This document shows, in pieces, positions 54,564 to 63,632 of a stretch of 64,000 nt of DNA (within the stretch, counting starts at the first letter, position 1; the number at the start of each line of letters is the position of its first letter). Under the pieces are notes generated by a model. It ran no database searches and was not told the origin of the DNA. It saw only the letters and a program-made list of their open reading frames with translations. The stretch is from a virus (taxonomy: Duplodnaviria > Heunggongvirae > Uroviricota > Caudoviricetes): positions 3,322 through 67,321 of IMG/VR virus record IMGVR_UViG_3300042301_002383, one strand, 5' to 3'. A program made the position numbers and the translations under genes.

Positions 54564-54610
54564 AAAACAAATATATAAAATTCTTTTGATAATTCCAAAT
54601 AATTATTGTT

Positions 54611-54976
54611 ATGTCAGTACACATCAACAACAAAACATTTCAAGCCGAATACCTATCAAATCCAGAAGACATTAGTCGAGGTATGATGGGTAGAAACTCA
54701 TTGGACGGTTGTATGGTATTCAAGATGGGTAAGGGTCATCATTCATTTTGGATGAAGAATTGCCTCATCCCACTTGACATCGTATTTGTTTTAAATAATC
54801 GTATCAATCGTATCCATCCCAATTGTCCCGTTGAAGATTCCCATAGAATGACTCTACCTCGTTACACCGGTATTGGTGACCACGTGATAGAGTTTCCTGC
54901 AGGAACTACAGAGGGTTGGAAAGTAGGGGATCGTGTTGCAATGTATCTAGGGTCTCCTCAGAATCCTGTTCGATAG
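54611..54976 (+). CDS. DUF192-family protein
   Basis: 121 aa; GMMGRNSLDGCMVFKM...FWMKNCLIPLDIVFV matches the DUF192 (COG1430) core; plus-strand gene inside the minus block. Confidence 0.6.
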   Translation: MSVHINNKTFQAEYLSNPEDISRGMMGRNSLDGCMVFKMGKGHHSFWMKNCLIPLDIVFVLNNRINRIHPNCPVEDSHRMTLPRYTGIGDHVIEFPAGTTEGWKVGDRVAMYLGSPQNPVR

Positions 54977-55619
54977 GACTATCATATTTCACTCTTGGTT
55001 TAACCTTCTCAAATACCCAAAAATAACTATGGTACTTACGAGCATGTTCTTGTTTAGTCCATTTAGTCCCAAAACTATTGATACGAACGTTTGATGTTAG
55101 GATAAATAAATCTCTCGGATAGAACCCTAACTCTTGGGCCATATTCATAACCATAACGTGAGAGAAGTGGTTCTTACCTCCAGATACCGTATCTTGACAT
55201 TTAAAGACTACGTAACCACCTTTATCACAAACTCGGTACAATTCCTTCAATGTGTTATAATAATGGGTTTTTAGGTGGTTATATGACTCATAACCCTCGA
55301 ATCTCTTTGCAATAATAGAACTCCCTTCTTTATTATCACGATATGACTTACCAGCAATAACAAATGGAGGATCAAACATTATACTTTTCATTGAACCGTC
55401 CTCAAATGATAAGTTTTCGGAACTACACTCAACCACTGTATCATTATAAGGATACAAATCTGATTTGTTAGTAGGTTCTGGTAAATCTTTCCAAAAAGCA
55501 CCTTTAGAATAGGTACAATCTAAATCAAATCTTTCAATGTTGTAAAGAAACATGATGCTCTTTATAGCCTCGTAGTTAGAGGTGTAGACACTTTTTACGG
55601 GTTTAAAATCTTTTTCCAT
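54906..55619 (-). CDS. DNA amino-methyltransferase (N6-adenine or N4-cytosine; DPPF motif)
   Basis: 237 aa; motif IV SIMFDPPFVIAG; its 3' end overlaps the converging DUF192 gene by about 70 nt. Confidence 0.7.
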   Translation of the reverse strand: MEKDFKPVKSVYTSNYEAIKSIMFLYNIERFDLDCTYSKGAFWKDLPEPTNKSDLYPYNDTVVECSSENLSFEDGSMKSIMFDPPFVIAGKSYRDNKEGSSIIAKRFEGYESYNHLKTHYYNTLKELYRVCDKGGYVVFKCQDTVSGGKNHFSHVMVMNMAQELGFYPRDLFILTSNVRINSFGTKWTKQEHARKYHSYFWVFEKVKPRVKYDSPIEQDSEETLDTLQHDPLLSNPL

Positions 55620-55707
55620 TTGTTTTTTAATATTTTTTTTGTATACTTTAGTAAAATATAAGAAATAAAAAACAATAAACCAAAATATTTATAAAAAAAG
55701 AAATACT

Positions 55708-55872
55708 ATGGGCTGCGGATGCAAAAAAAACAATTCTAACTCACAACCGGTTCAACCAACGAACATTACATTAACCGAAACAGGAACGCCTGTGGTTACA
55801 CAACCAGCACCGGCACCAACAACTAATCAAACGGAAGTTAATGACATCATTGACCGTTTAAATAATCAATAA
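55708..55872 (+). CDS. 54-aa protein starting MGCGCKK, Thr/Pro/Gln-rich
   Basis: hand-translated ORF with its own terminator (55901-55926); below the ORF-track cutoff. Confidence 0.4.
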   Translation: MGCGCKKNNSNSQPVQPTNITLTETGTPVVTQPAPAPTTNQTEVNDIIDRLNNQ

Positions 55873-55900
55873 TATCGTATATATTAACGATTAAATGAAG

Positions 55901-55926
55901 TATCGTCTTAATTGACGATATTTTTT
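55901..55926 (+). terminator. rho-independent terminator
   Basis: TATCGTC-ttaat-tGACGATA + TTTTTT. Confidence 0.6.
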
Positions 55927-55962
55927 AATCATTTAAGTATATACTAATATATATAAAACAAT

Positions 55963-56160
55963 ATGAAAGCAGATACAAAATTAACTAGTGTTAACATTTT
56001 AGATGATGTTTACAAAAGGTTTAAAATTAAATCGATTGAAGGTTCAATGAATCTACAAAAATTAGTAAATCGTTCTTTAGATTTATATTCTAAAGATGAA
56101 AACTTTAGAAATTTAATAAACAACCACAATGGTTTAGCAACAACAGGGTCTAAATTTTAA
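55963..56160 (+). CDS. small ribbon-helix-helix-like regulator (tentative)
   Basis: 65 aa; predicted beta-strand (TSVNILDD) followed by two short helices; sits directly upstream of the glycosyltransferase operon. Confidence 0.45.
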   Translation: MKADTKLTSVNILDDVYKRFKIKSIEGSMNLQKLVNRSLDLYSKDENFRNLINNHNGLATTGSKF

Positions 56161-56161
56161 T

Positions 56162-57511
56162 ATGAAGAAAAAAATACTTTTATTATCAGATGATTTAAGA
56201 ATGACAAGTGGTATTGCCACTATGTCCAAAGAATTCGTTTTAGGAACCATTCACAAATATGATTGGATTCAATTAGGTGCGGCAATTAAACATCCAGAAC
56301 TTGGTAAGATAGTTGACATCAATGATGATGTTAGAAAAAGAACCGGTATTAAAGATGCCAATTTAAAAATTATACCATATAATGGTTATGGTGATATTGG
56401 TATATTAAGAAAATTAATCGCTGAAGAGAAACCAGATGCAATTTTACATTTCACGGACCCGCACTATTGGCAATGGTTATATGATAACGAACATGAGATT
56501 AGACAACAAGTCCCAATTTTATTTTATCATATTTGGGATAACTTACCTGACCCATATTACAATAGAGATTACTATGAATGTTGTGATTGGTTAGGTTGTA
56601 TCTCTAAACAAACCTATGGTATCGTTCATCGTGTTGGTAAAACCACAAGGGAAGTTACACATAAACCATTGGAAGATTGGCAAATTAGTTACGTTCCTCA
56701 TGGAATCAATCCTGATGTGTTTAAACCAGTTAAGAAAGTGGATGAAGAATTATCTAAACTTATTCATGGTGATAAGAAATATGATTTCATTCTATTCTAT
56801 AACAATAGAAACATTAGAAGAAAACAACCATCTGATGTGATTTATTCATTTAAATTATTCTGTGACAGTTTACCTAAAAAAGAATCTGATAAATGTTTGT
56901 TATTGATGCACACCAATCCCGTGGATGAGAATGGTACAGATTTAAATGCAGTAATTAATGAGTTATGTCCTAACTACGATGTTAAATTTACCAACGCTAA
57001 ATTAGAACAAGACAAATTAAATGATTTATATAACATTGTTGATTGTACAATCAACATTGCAAATAATGAGGGGTTTGGATTAACGACCGCAGAATCATTA
57101 ATGGCAGGTACACCAATTATTGTTAGCGTGACAGGAGGTCTACAAGATCAATGTGGATTTAATTTTAGTGCTGATGATTATATTGAGGTTGGGACGTTGC
57201 ACAAATCTAAAGGGACACCACATGGTGATTGGGTTATACCTGTTTGGGCCGCAGCAACTAATTTAAATGGATCGGTACCAACACCTTATATCTTTGATGA
57301 TAGGGTTAATGACGATGATGTTGCAGATGCAATTATGACAGTATATAAATGGGGACGTAAAGAAAGAAAAGAAAGAGGAAAGAAAGGTAGAGAATTTATG
57401 AAGAAGAACTTATCTTCTAAAGTAATGTCAGATACTTTTATTGAGGGAATAGAAAAAACATTAAATAACTTTAAACCGAGAAAAAGATTCGATTTATATA
57501 AGATAGTATAA
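56162..57511 (+). CDS. GT4-family (GT-B) glycosyltransferase
   Basis: 449 aa; C-terminal NEGFGLTTAESLMAGTPIIVSVTGG (E-x7-E region). Confidence 0.8.
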   Translation: MKKKILLLSDDLRMTSGIATMSKEFVLGTIHKYDWIQLGAAIKHPELGKIVDINDDVRKRTGIKDANLKIIPYNGYGDIGILRKLIAEEKPDAILHFTDPHYWQWLYDNEHEIRQQVPILFYHIWDNLPDPYYNRDYYECCDWLGCISKQTYGIVHRVGKTTREVTHKPLEDWQISYVPHGINPDVFKPVKKVDEELSKLIHGDKKYDFILFYNNRNIRRKQPSDVIYSFKLFCDSLPKKESDKCLLLMHTNPVDENGTDLNAVINELCPNYDVKFTNAKLEQDKLNDLYNIVDCTINIANNEGFGLTTAESLMAGTPIIVSVTGGLQDQCGFNFSADDYIEVGTLHKSKGTPHGDWVIPVWAAATNLNGSVPTPYIFDDRVNDDDVADAIMTVYKWGRKERKERGKKGREFMKKNLSSKVMSDTFIEGIEKTLNNFKPRKRFDLYKIV

Positions 57512-57512
57512 T

Positions 57513-58763
57513 ATGAGCAAACCAAGTTTATTATTTAGAGGGCCGGTAAAAACAAGAAGTGGGTACGGCGCACACTCAAGAGATTTATTACAAGCACTGT
57601 ATGAAATGAATCTATTCGATATTAATGTTGATAGTTGTATGTGGGGATCAACTCCATTAACGGCATTAGAAGAAGAAAATACATTTCACAAATGGATTGA
57701 AAGCGTAATTGTAACAAGAATAGAACATAGACCAGACATCTATGTTCAAGTTACAGTACCAAATGAATTTCAAACATTAGGTAAATTCAACGTAGGGATA
57801 ACTGCTGGAATTGAAACTACCGTTGCACCTAAAGAATGGATTGATGGGTGCAATAAAATGGATTTAATTGTTACAACATCCACATTTTCGAAAGATGTAT
57901 TGTTATCTACCGTTTACAATGAAACGGAAAACAACACGGGTAAATTAATTAAACAACATAAGATTGAAAAACCAATTAAGGTTTTGTTTGAAGGTGTTGA
58001 TTTGTCAATTTACAATAACGAGTACAAAGGTTTAGATATTGATATTAAAGAGGAGTTCGCATTTCTTTTCGTTGGTCATTGGTTAAAAGGTAATCTTGGT
58101 CAAGATAGAAAAGACATCGGTATGTTAATTAAATGTTTTAGTAAATCATTTGAGGACGTTGAAAATCCACCGGCTTTAGTTCTTAAAACATCTTCAGCAA
58201 CATTTTCAGTTAAGGAAAGAGAATCTTTCAGAAAACGTATTAGTGATTTAGTTAAAGACATTAAAAATCCACCTCCAATTTATTTGTTGTTTGGTGAATT
58301 AACTAACGATGAAATGAATCAATTATATAATCATCCAAAGATTAAAGCAATGATATCATTAACTAAAGGTGAAGGGTTTGGTAGACCTCTATTAGAATTC
58401 ACTATGTCAGGTAAACCTGTGATAGCATCTAATTGGTCAGGTCATAAAGATTTCTTACCTATGGATAAGGCAATCATGGTCGGTGGGTCATTAACTGAAG
58501 TTGATAATAGTGCGGTTGATACGTTTATTATTAAAGGTTCTAAGTGGTTTACCGCAAATTATAATGAGGCTTCGGAGGTGATGAAATTAGTGCATGAAGA
58601 TTATAATAAATTCTTAGAAAAATCAGAAACTTTAAGGATTGAAAATAAAGAAAAGTTTTCGTTAGATAAAATGAGAGAAACATTTAAAGATATGTTTCAA
58701 TTATTCCAAACTAAACCACAGGAACAAAAATTAGTTCTACCTAAATTAACAAAAACTAAATAA
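57513..58763 (+). CDS. GT-B fold glycosyltransferase (GT4-like)
   Basis: 416 aa; GEGFGRPLLEFTMSGKPVIAS; 1-nt spacing from previous gene. Confidence 0.7.
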   Translation: MSKPSLLFRGPVKTRSGYGAHSRDLLQALYEMNLFDINVDSCMWGSTPLTALEEENTFHKWIESVIVTRIEHRPDIYVQVTVPNEFQTLGKFNVGITAGIETTVAPKEWIDGCNKMDLIVTTSTFSKDVLLSTVYNETENNTGKLIKQHKIEKPIKVLFEGVDLSIYNNEYKGLDIDIKEEFAFLFVGHWLKGNLGQDRKDIGMLIKCFSKSFEDVENPPALVLKTSSATFSVKERESFRKRISDLVKDIKNPPPIYLLFGELTNDEMNQLYNHPKIKAMISLTKGEGFGRPLLEFTMSGKPVIASNWSGHKDFLPMDKAIMVGGSLTEVDNSAVDTFIIKGSKWFTANYNEASEVMKLVHEDYNKFLEKSETLRIENKEKFSLDKMRETFKDMFQLFQTKPQEQKLVLPKLTKTK

Positions 58764-58764
58764 T

Positions 58765-59040
58765 ATGGCAAGAGGTAGAAAAAAAATAAAGGATGAATTA
58801 TTACAATCTGTTATTGATAAATTAACAATCGACGACACACCAAAAATTGAAACATACATGCCATGTGAATGGGTGATTCAATTTGATAATGATGAACCAC
58901 AATTATTTACAACCGCAGATGAAACTGTAGAATCACCAGAAGTTATTATTAGAATACAAAATACTAACGAAGGTTATATTAAGTTTACAGACCCAACATC
59001 GGGTAAAACATTTAAATTATTTGCAAGACCAAAAAAATAG
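58765..59040 (+). CDS. hypothetical protein, tandem paralogue of 59043..59288
   Basis: 91 aa; C-terminal GKTFKLFARPKK vs NKVFKLFAREIQ, and VIQFDNDEPQLFT vs FCFQFGDEEPIVFAT. Confidence 0.5.
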   Translation: MARGRKKIKDELLQSVIDKLTIDDTPKIETYMPCEWVIQFDNDEPQLFTTADETVESPEVIIRIQNTNEGYIKFTDPTSGKTFKLFARPKK

Positions 59041-59042
59041 TA

Positions 59043-59288
59043 ATGAACTTTAAATTTTTTCAAAAGGAGGAATTAAAACATAATAATTTTATTGTGTTAG
59101 AACCTACAAGATTTAATCCACAAAATGTTGAGTTTTGTTTTCAATTTGGTGATGAGGAACCAATTGTATTTGCAACTGGTCCTAATGAATGTAGTATTCA
59201 TTTAAGTCCAACAACCAACACCAACATGACGTTCAATGATAATAATAAAGTTTTTAAATTATTCGCAAGAGAAATACAAAATGGTTAA
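59043..59288 (+). CDS. FKFF-N-terminal family protein 7
   Basis: 81 aa; starts MNFKFFQKEELK. Confidence 0.5.
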   Translation: MNFKFFQKEELKHNNFIVLEPTRFNPQNVEFCFQFGDEEPIVFATGPNECSIHLSPTTNTNMTFNDNNKVFKLFAREIQNG

Positions 59289-59523
59289 AAATTTTAAATT
59301 TTTTCATGGGGTAATTAGGAGTAGTTTAACTGCGACATGGACTCATCAAGAGGGAGAGTTGTTTGGTATCGACGCAGAAGAAGAATTAACAAGATTGATG
59401 TCTAATGAAATTGCTAGAGAAATTGACAATAACATTATTGAGGAATTAACAAGAAGAATTAATGGTGGGAATCCATCGATATTTGGGGGTCCGATTATCG
59501 GTTTTAACAATAATGTAGCATGA
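59281..59523 (+). CDS. FKFF-N-terminal family protein 8
   Basis: ATG at ~59281 (MVKNFKFFHGVIRS...) inside track ORF 59236..59523, overlapping the previous stop (ATGGTTAA); EELTRRINGG matches 19816..20298. Confidence 0.5.
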   Translation: MVKNFKFFHGVIRSSLTATWTHQEGELFGIDAEEELTRLMSNEIAREIDNNIIEELTRRINGGNPSIFGGPIIGFNNNVA

Positions 59524-59610
59524 GATGTGAAAGACATAATTGGGACACGGAAGATAGGGAGTGGTGTTGGAAATGTGAAGAATTAACATTAAAAGAAAAT
59601 AAACAAAAAT

Positions 59611-60234
59611 ATGAAGATAAGTTTCGCCATAACAGTTTGCAACGAGTTGGAGGAAATCAAGAGATTAGTTCCGTTCTTATTGAAACACAAAAGGTCTCAG
59701 GACGAGATTGTGATTCTATATGATGACAAGAATGGTAACAAAGAAATATTAGATTTCTTATTACCATACAATAAATTACCTAACGTTCAAACATGGAGAG
59801 GTTTTGATTGGAATAACAATTTCGCAGATTGGAAAAATACTTTAAACGAATATTGTGCTGGTGATTACATTTACCAAATTGATGCTGATGAAATGATTAG
59901 TGAATATATGGTTAAAAATTTGCACGATATATTAGGAATGAATCCTGATGTGGATTTAATATTTGTCCCAAGAATAAACACTGTTGAGGGTTTAACCGAT
60001 AATCATATTAGAAAATGGGGGTGGCATGTAAACGATAAGGGGTGGGTTAACTTTCCGGATGCTCAGGGAAGAATTTACAAAAAGGGAATGACTTGGTATG
60101 GTCGTGTACATGAAAGAATAATTGGCGGTCAAAAATTCGCATCGTTACCAACAGATGACGATGATTATTTTATTCAACACCATAAAACAATAGAACGTCA
60201 AGAAAAACAAAATAATTTTTATCAATCAATTTAA
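59611..60234 (+). CDS. GT2-like glycosyltransferase
   Basis: 207 aa; ISFAITVCNE N-terminus and IYQIDADE (DxD). Confidence 0.6.
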   Translation: MKISFAITVCNELEEIKRLVPFLLKHKRSQDEIVILYDDKNGNKEILDFLLPYNKLPNVQTWRGFDWNNNFADWKNTLNEYCAGDYIYQIDADEMISEYMVKNLHDILGMNPDVDLIFVPRINTVEGLTDNHIRKWGWHVNDKGWVNFPDAQGRIYKKGMTWYGRVHERIIGGQKFASLPTDDDDYFIQHHKTIERQEKQNNFYQSI

Positions 60235-60242
60235 GATATTAT

Positions 60243-60824
60243 ATGAGTAAAATAGAATTTATTATACCAACATACAATAGACCACACCATTTGATGTGTC
60301 TTCTTAATTCACTTTGTGCACAAAGAAGTGACAAGTGGTGTGCACATGTTATTGCCGATTGTCCTCCTGAAGGTTCATTGGATAAAGTTATGGATTATTT
60401 TAAGGATAATGAAAAGATAAAATTTACAATTTTACCTGAACGTTATAATGATTGGGGTCACACCCCTAGAAATTATGGTGTAGAACATTCAACGGAAGAT
60501 TGGATTGTTATGACAGGTGAAGATAATTACTATGTTCCAGTATTCGTTGATACTTTTTTATCTGTTGTTAGTGAAAAAGTGGGATTTGTATTTTGTAATA
60601 TGGTTCATAATTGGAAAAATTTTGAGTATATTGGTATAGATTGTGAACCTTCGTGGGGTAAAATCGATATTGGAAATTTTATGATTAAAAGAAAATTTGC
60701 TAAACAAATGAGATTAAATCCGTCAATTGAACAAGCAGATGGGGTTTATGTTGAAGAATTTAAGGTAAAATTTCCTTATATACAAATAATTAAAATACAT
60801 AAAGTATTATATATACACAATTAA
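60243..60824 (+). CDS. GT2 glycosyltransferase
   Basis: 193 aa; IEFIIPTYNRPHHL, MTGEDNYY. Confidence 0.65.
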   Translation: MSKIEFIIPTYNRPHHLMCLLNSLCAQRSDKWCAHVIADCPPEGSLDKVMDYFKDNEKIKFTILPERYNDWGHTPRNYGVEHSTEDWIVMTGEDNYYVPVFVDTFLSVVSEKVGFVFCNMVHNWKNFEYIGIDCEPSWGKIDIGNFMIKRKFAKQMRLNPSIEQADGVYVEEFKVKFPYIQIIKIHKVLYIHN

Positions 60825-60825
60825 T

Positions 60826-61443
60826 ATGCACGCTACAGCAGAACAAAACGCAAGAAGATTTTTTAACACTTATGTTAATAATAAAAACGGTAATTTTTTA
60901 GAAATAGGATCATATCTAAGTAGTTTTAACATACGGTCATTAGCACCGAATGGTTCTAACTATGTGGGTGTTGATTTAGGTGCCGGCCCCGGTGTTGATA
61001 TTGTTTTAACTGACCCATATGTTTTGCCATTTGGTGATAATTCATTTGACTTTGTTGTTAGTTCATCTTGTTTTGAACATAGTGAATTTTTTTGGTTAAC
61101 ATATATGGAAGTTATGAGAGTATTGAAACCTTCTGGACTGTTTTATTTAAACGCTCCATCAAATGGTGATTTTCATAGATTTCCAGTCGATTGTTGGAGA
61201 TTCTTTCCTGATAGTGGTAATGCATTATCTAATTGGTCAAGACGTAATGGAATGAATACTGCAGTACTTGAACAATATACAAGTGGTGGGGGTACCGACA
61301 TATGGTGCGATTACGTGTCAATATTTATAAAAGATATAGATATGATTAACAATTACCCAAATAGAATAATAACAAATTTTAATGATTATACAAATGGTTC
61401 GGTATTTCCACACGAAACATTATTAAATAAGAAATTATGGTAG
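60826..61443 (+). CDS. class I SAM-dependent methyltransferase
   Basis: 205 aa; FLEIGSY...VGVDLGAGPGVD glycine-rich motif I; FDFVVSSSCFEH. Confidence 0.6.
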   Translation: MHATAEQNARRFFNTYVNNKNGNFLEIGSYLSSFNIRSLAPNGSNYVGVDLGAGPGVDIVLTDPYVLPFGDNSFDFVVSSSCFEHSEFFWLTYMEVMRVLKPSGLFYLNAPSNGDFHRFPVDCWRFFPDSGNALSNWSRRNGMNTAVLEQYTSGGGTDIWCDYVSIFIKDIDMINNYPNRIITNFNDYTNGSVFPHETLLNKKLW

Positions 61444-61985
61444 ATAGATTATATACAATGCGTGATGAAACATACGCAAAAGGTTTGGAGGATTTAATTC
61501 AATATGTTAAACAACATGGAGATACTAAAAAAATGACTATGATTGAGATTGGTTCATATGCTGGAGAATCTACACAAATGTTCTCTAATGAATTTGAGAC
61601 AGTTATTTCAATTGACCCCTACATTAATGATTATGACCCAAATGATATAACTTGTAGTTATATGAAATTAGAAAAAGTTTATGATACATTTAAAGAGGTA
61701 GTTGACCGAAATAATAATATCAAACATATCAGAATGACGTCTGATGATGCAATAGAATCATTAATAGGTATGTCGGTTGATTTTATTTATATTGATGGAT
61801 TACATACCTATGAACAAATAAAAAAAGATATAACGAATTATCTTCCTTTACTTAAACCTAACTGTTTAATTGGTGGTCATGATTACCACGTAAACTGGGG
61901 TGGTGTAGTAAAAGGTGTTAATGAATTGTTAGGTGAACCAGACACAACGTTCTCTGACACTAGTTGGATTAAACTTATAAAATAA
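61437..61985 (+). CDS. class I SAM-dependent O-methyltransferase (Methyltransf_24 / TylF-MycF-like sugar O-MTase)
   Basis: 182 aa; MIEIGSYAGEST ... IYIDGLHTYEQIKKDI ... GGHDY. Confidence 0.65.
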   Translation: MVDRLYTMRDETYAKGLEDLIQYVKQHGDTKKMTMIEIGSYAGESTQMFSNEFETVISIDPYINDYDPNDITCSYMKLEKVYDTFKEVVDRNNNIKHIRMTSDDAIESLIGMSVDFIYIDGLHTYEQIKKDITNYLPLLKPNCLIGGHDYHVNWGGVVKGVNELLGEPDTTFSDTSWIKLIK

Positions 61986-61986
61986 T

Positions 61987-62529
61987 ATGTTTTTAAATAT
62001 AATAACTCCCTGTAGTCGACCTAAAAATCTACTAGAAATTTCTAAAAGTATAAACATACCGAGAGAAAACTATCGATGGATTGTTGTTTTTGATATGGAT
62101 GCATTACCACCATCCGAATTAATACCTTTAAATTGTGAAACACATCTACATCGTAACAAATTAAGTATTGCGGGGCATTCACAAAGAAATTATGCCTTAA
62201 GTTTAATAAATGATGGACACATCTATTCTAATGATGATGATACAATTATACACCCAAATTTATGGGATAATATAAAAGACTTGGATGATGATTTCATATC
62301 ATTTGAACAAGAGGATAAAAATCATAATTTAAGATTAAAGGGAAATGTAATAAGATTATATAATATCGATAGTCATAATTTTATAGTTAAAAGGTCAATA
62401 ATAGGTGAGACTTCTTTTATAGTAGGTGATTATAATGCCGATGGTTATTTTGCTGAAGAATGTTATTCTAAATCATCATCAACCATTTTTATACCCAAAG
62501 TTCTCTCAACATATAATTCATTAAGATGA
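61987..62529 (+). CDS. hypothetical protein (possible glycosyltransferase-like)
   Basis: 180 aa; IITPCSRPKNL N-terminus and NDDD acidic motif; weak. Confidence 0.45.
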   Translation: MFLNIITPCSRPKNLLEISKSINIPRENYRWIVVFDMDALPPSELIPLNCETHLHRNKLSIAGHSQRNYALSLINDGHIYSNDDDTIIHPNLWDNIKDLDDDFISFEQEDKNHNLRLKGNVIRLYNIDSHNFIVKRSIIGETSFIVGDYNADGYFAEECYSKSSSTIFIPKVLSTYNSLR

Positions 62530-63632
62530 ACATAACATTTGTAATGGCAGTGTATAATAAGCTAGAGTTAACAAAAGAATGTTATCGTTACTTACGCGAC
62601 TTATATCCCGAAGCCCCATTAGTAATTAGTAGCGGTGGTTCAAGTGATGGTACAAAGGAATGGTTGGAATCATTAGAAGATGATGACTACCTATCTTATC
62701 TTCACGATGATGATAGATTAACATTCTCTGACACATACAATGCTGGTATTAAATTAGTCGATACTGAAAAATTAGTATTGATACATAACGATATGGTTAT
62801 TGGTGAAGGATTCTTAGAGGCAATCGAAAGATTATTAACACCTAATATGTTGTTATCATATACAACAATTGAACCCCCAATATTCAAAGGTCATAAAAGA
62901 CCGGGTAAAGTATTGCTAGAATTAGGTTCGTCATTTTTAAATTTTGATAACTATCACTTCAACAACTACGTTAAACAATGGAAGGATAGTGATAACCTAT
63001 ATGATGGTGCAGTATTCTTCATGAGTGGATATAAAAAAATGTTTGAAGATGTTGGTGGATTTGACGGGTTTAGTTTTGTTCCGTGTTTCTGTGAGGATGA
63101 TGATTTCTTAATTCGTGCGAAACTAAAAGGGTATGAATTAAAAACTTGTGATTCAGCAATAACTTATCATTTTGTTTCGCAGACATCCAGATTTAGTGAT
63201 GAAATGAAGACCGATAGATTTAGAATAGAAATTTGTTCAAACAGAAACTTTGTAAGAAAGTGGGGTATATCAATTGCTTCATTCAACGAATTAAGATATT
63301 GGGAAGATAAAGATTTTAAATATAAAACGTTTTCAATGGGTTTAACAACTCGTAACAAATCAAGATTGGGTGAAGTGGAACCATACTTCGATAAAATCGA
63401 TTTAGGGGAGATTCCTGAGGACTACATAGAGAATGAACAAAAGAATACACGTTATGATTTAAGGTCGAAATTTACCCTACAGGACACCGTTGATGTGATG
63501 GTATACGAGATGAATCCATTCACGGATGAAGACATGTATATATTGAATAAAATAAGATTATCGTTACCATATTATGAGCCGGACGAATACGAGGTTGGAA
63601 ATATGAAGATAGTTATTAAAAAAATTATTTAA
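62526..63632 (+). CDS. GT2 glycosyltransferase with C-terminal extension
   Basis: 368 aa; ITFVMAVYNK, LIHNDMVI. Confidence 0.7.
   Translation: MNITFVMAVYNKLELTKECYRYLRDLYPEAPLVISSGGSSDGTKEWLESLEDDDYLSYLHDDDRLTFSDTYNAGIKLVDTEKLVLIHNDMVIGEGFLEAIERLLTPNMLLSYTTIEPPIFKGHKRPGKVLLELGSSFLNFDNYHFNNYVKQWKDSDNLYDGAVFFMSGYKKMFEDVGGFDGFSFVPCFCEDDDFLIRAKLKGYELKTCDSAITYHFVSQTSRFSDEMKTDRFRIEICSNRNFVRKWGISIASFNELRYWEDKDFKYKTFSMGLTTRNKSRLGEVEPYFDKIDLGEIPEDYIENEQKNTRYDLRSKFTLQDTVDVMVYEMNPFTDEDMYILNKIRLSLPYYEPDEYEVGNMKIVIKKII

Noticed and set aside
59520-59723. ORF 59520..59723 (+), 67 aa
   Set aside because: Overlaps by about 110 nt, in another frame, the well-supported GT2 start (MKISFAITVCNE) at 59611. Only its first ~30 codons are unique, so it is likely spurious.
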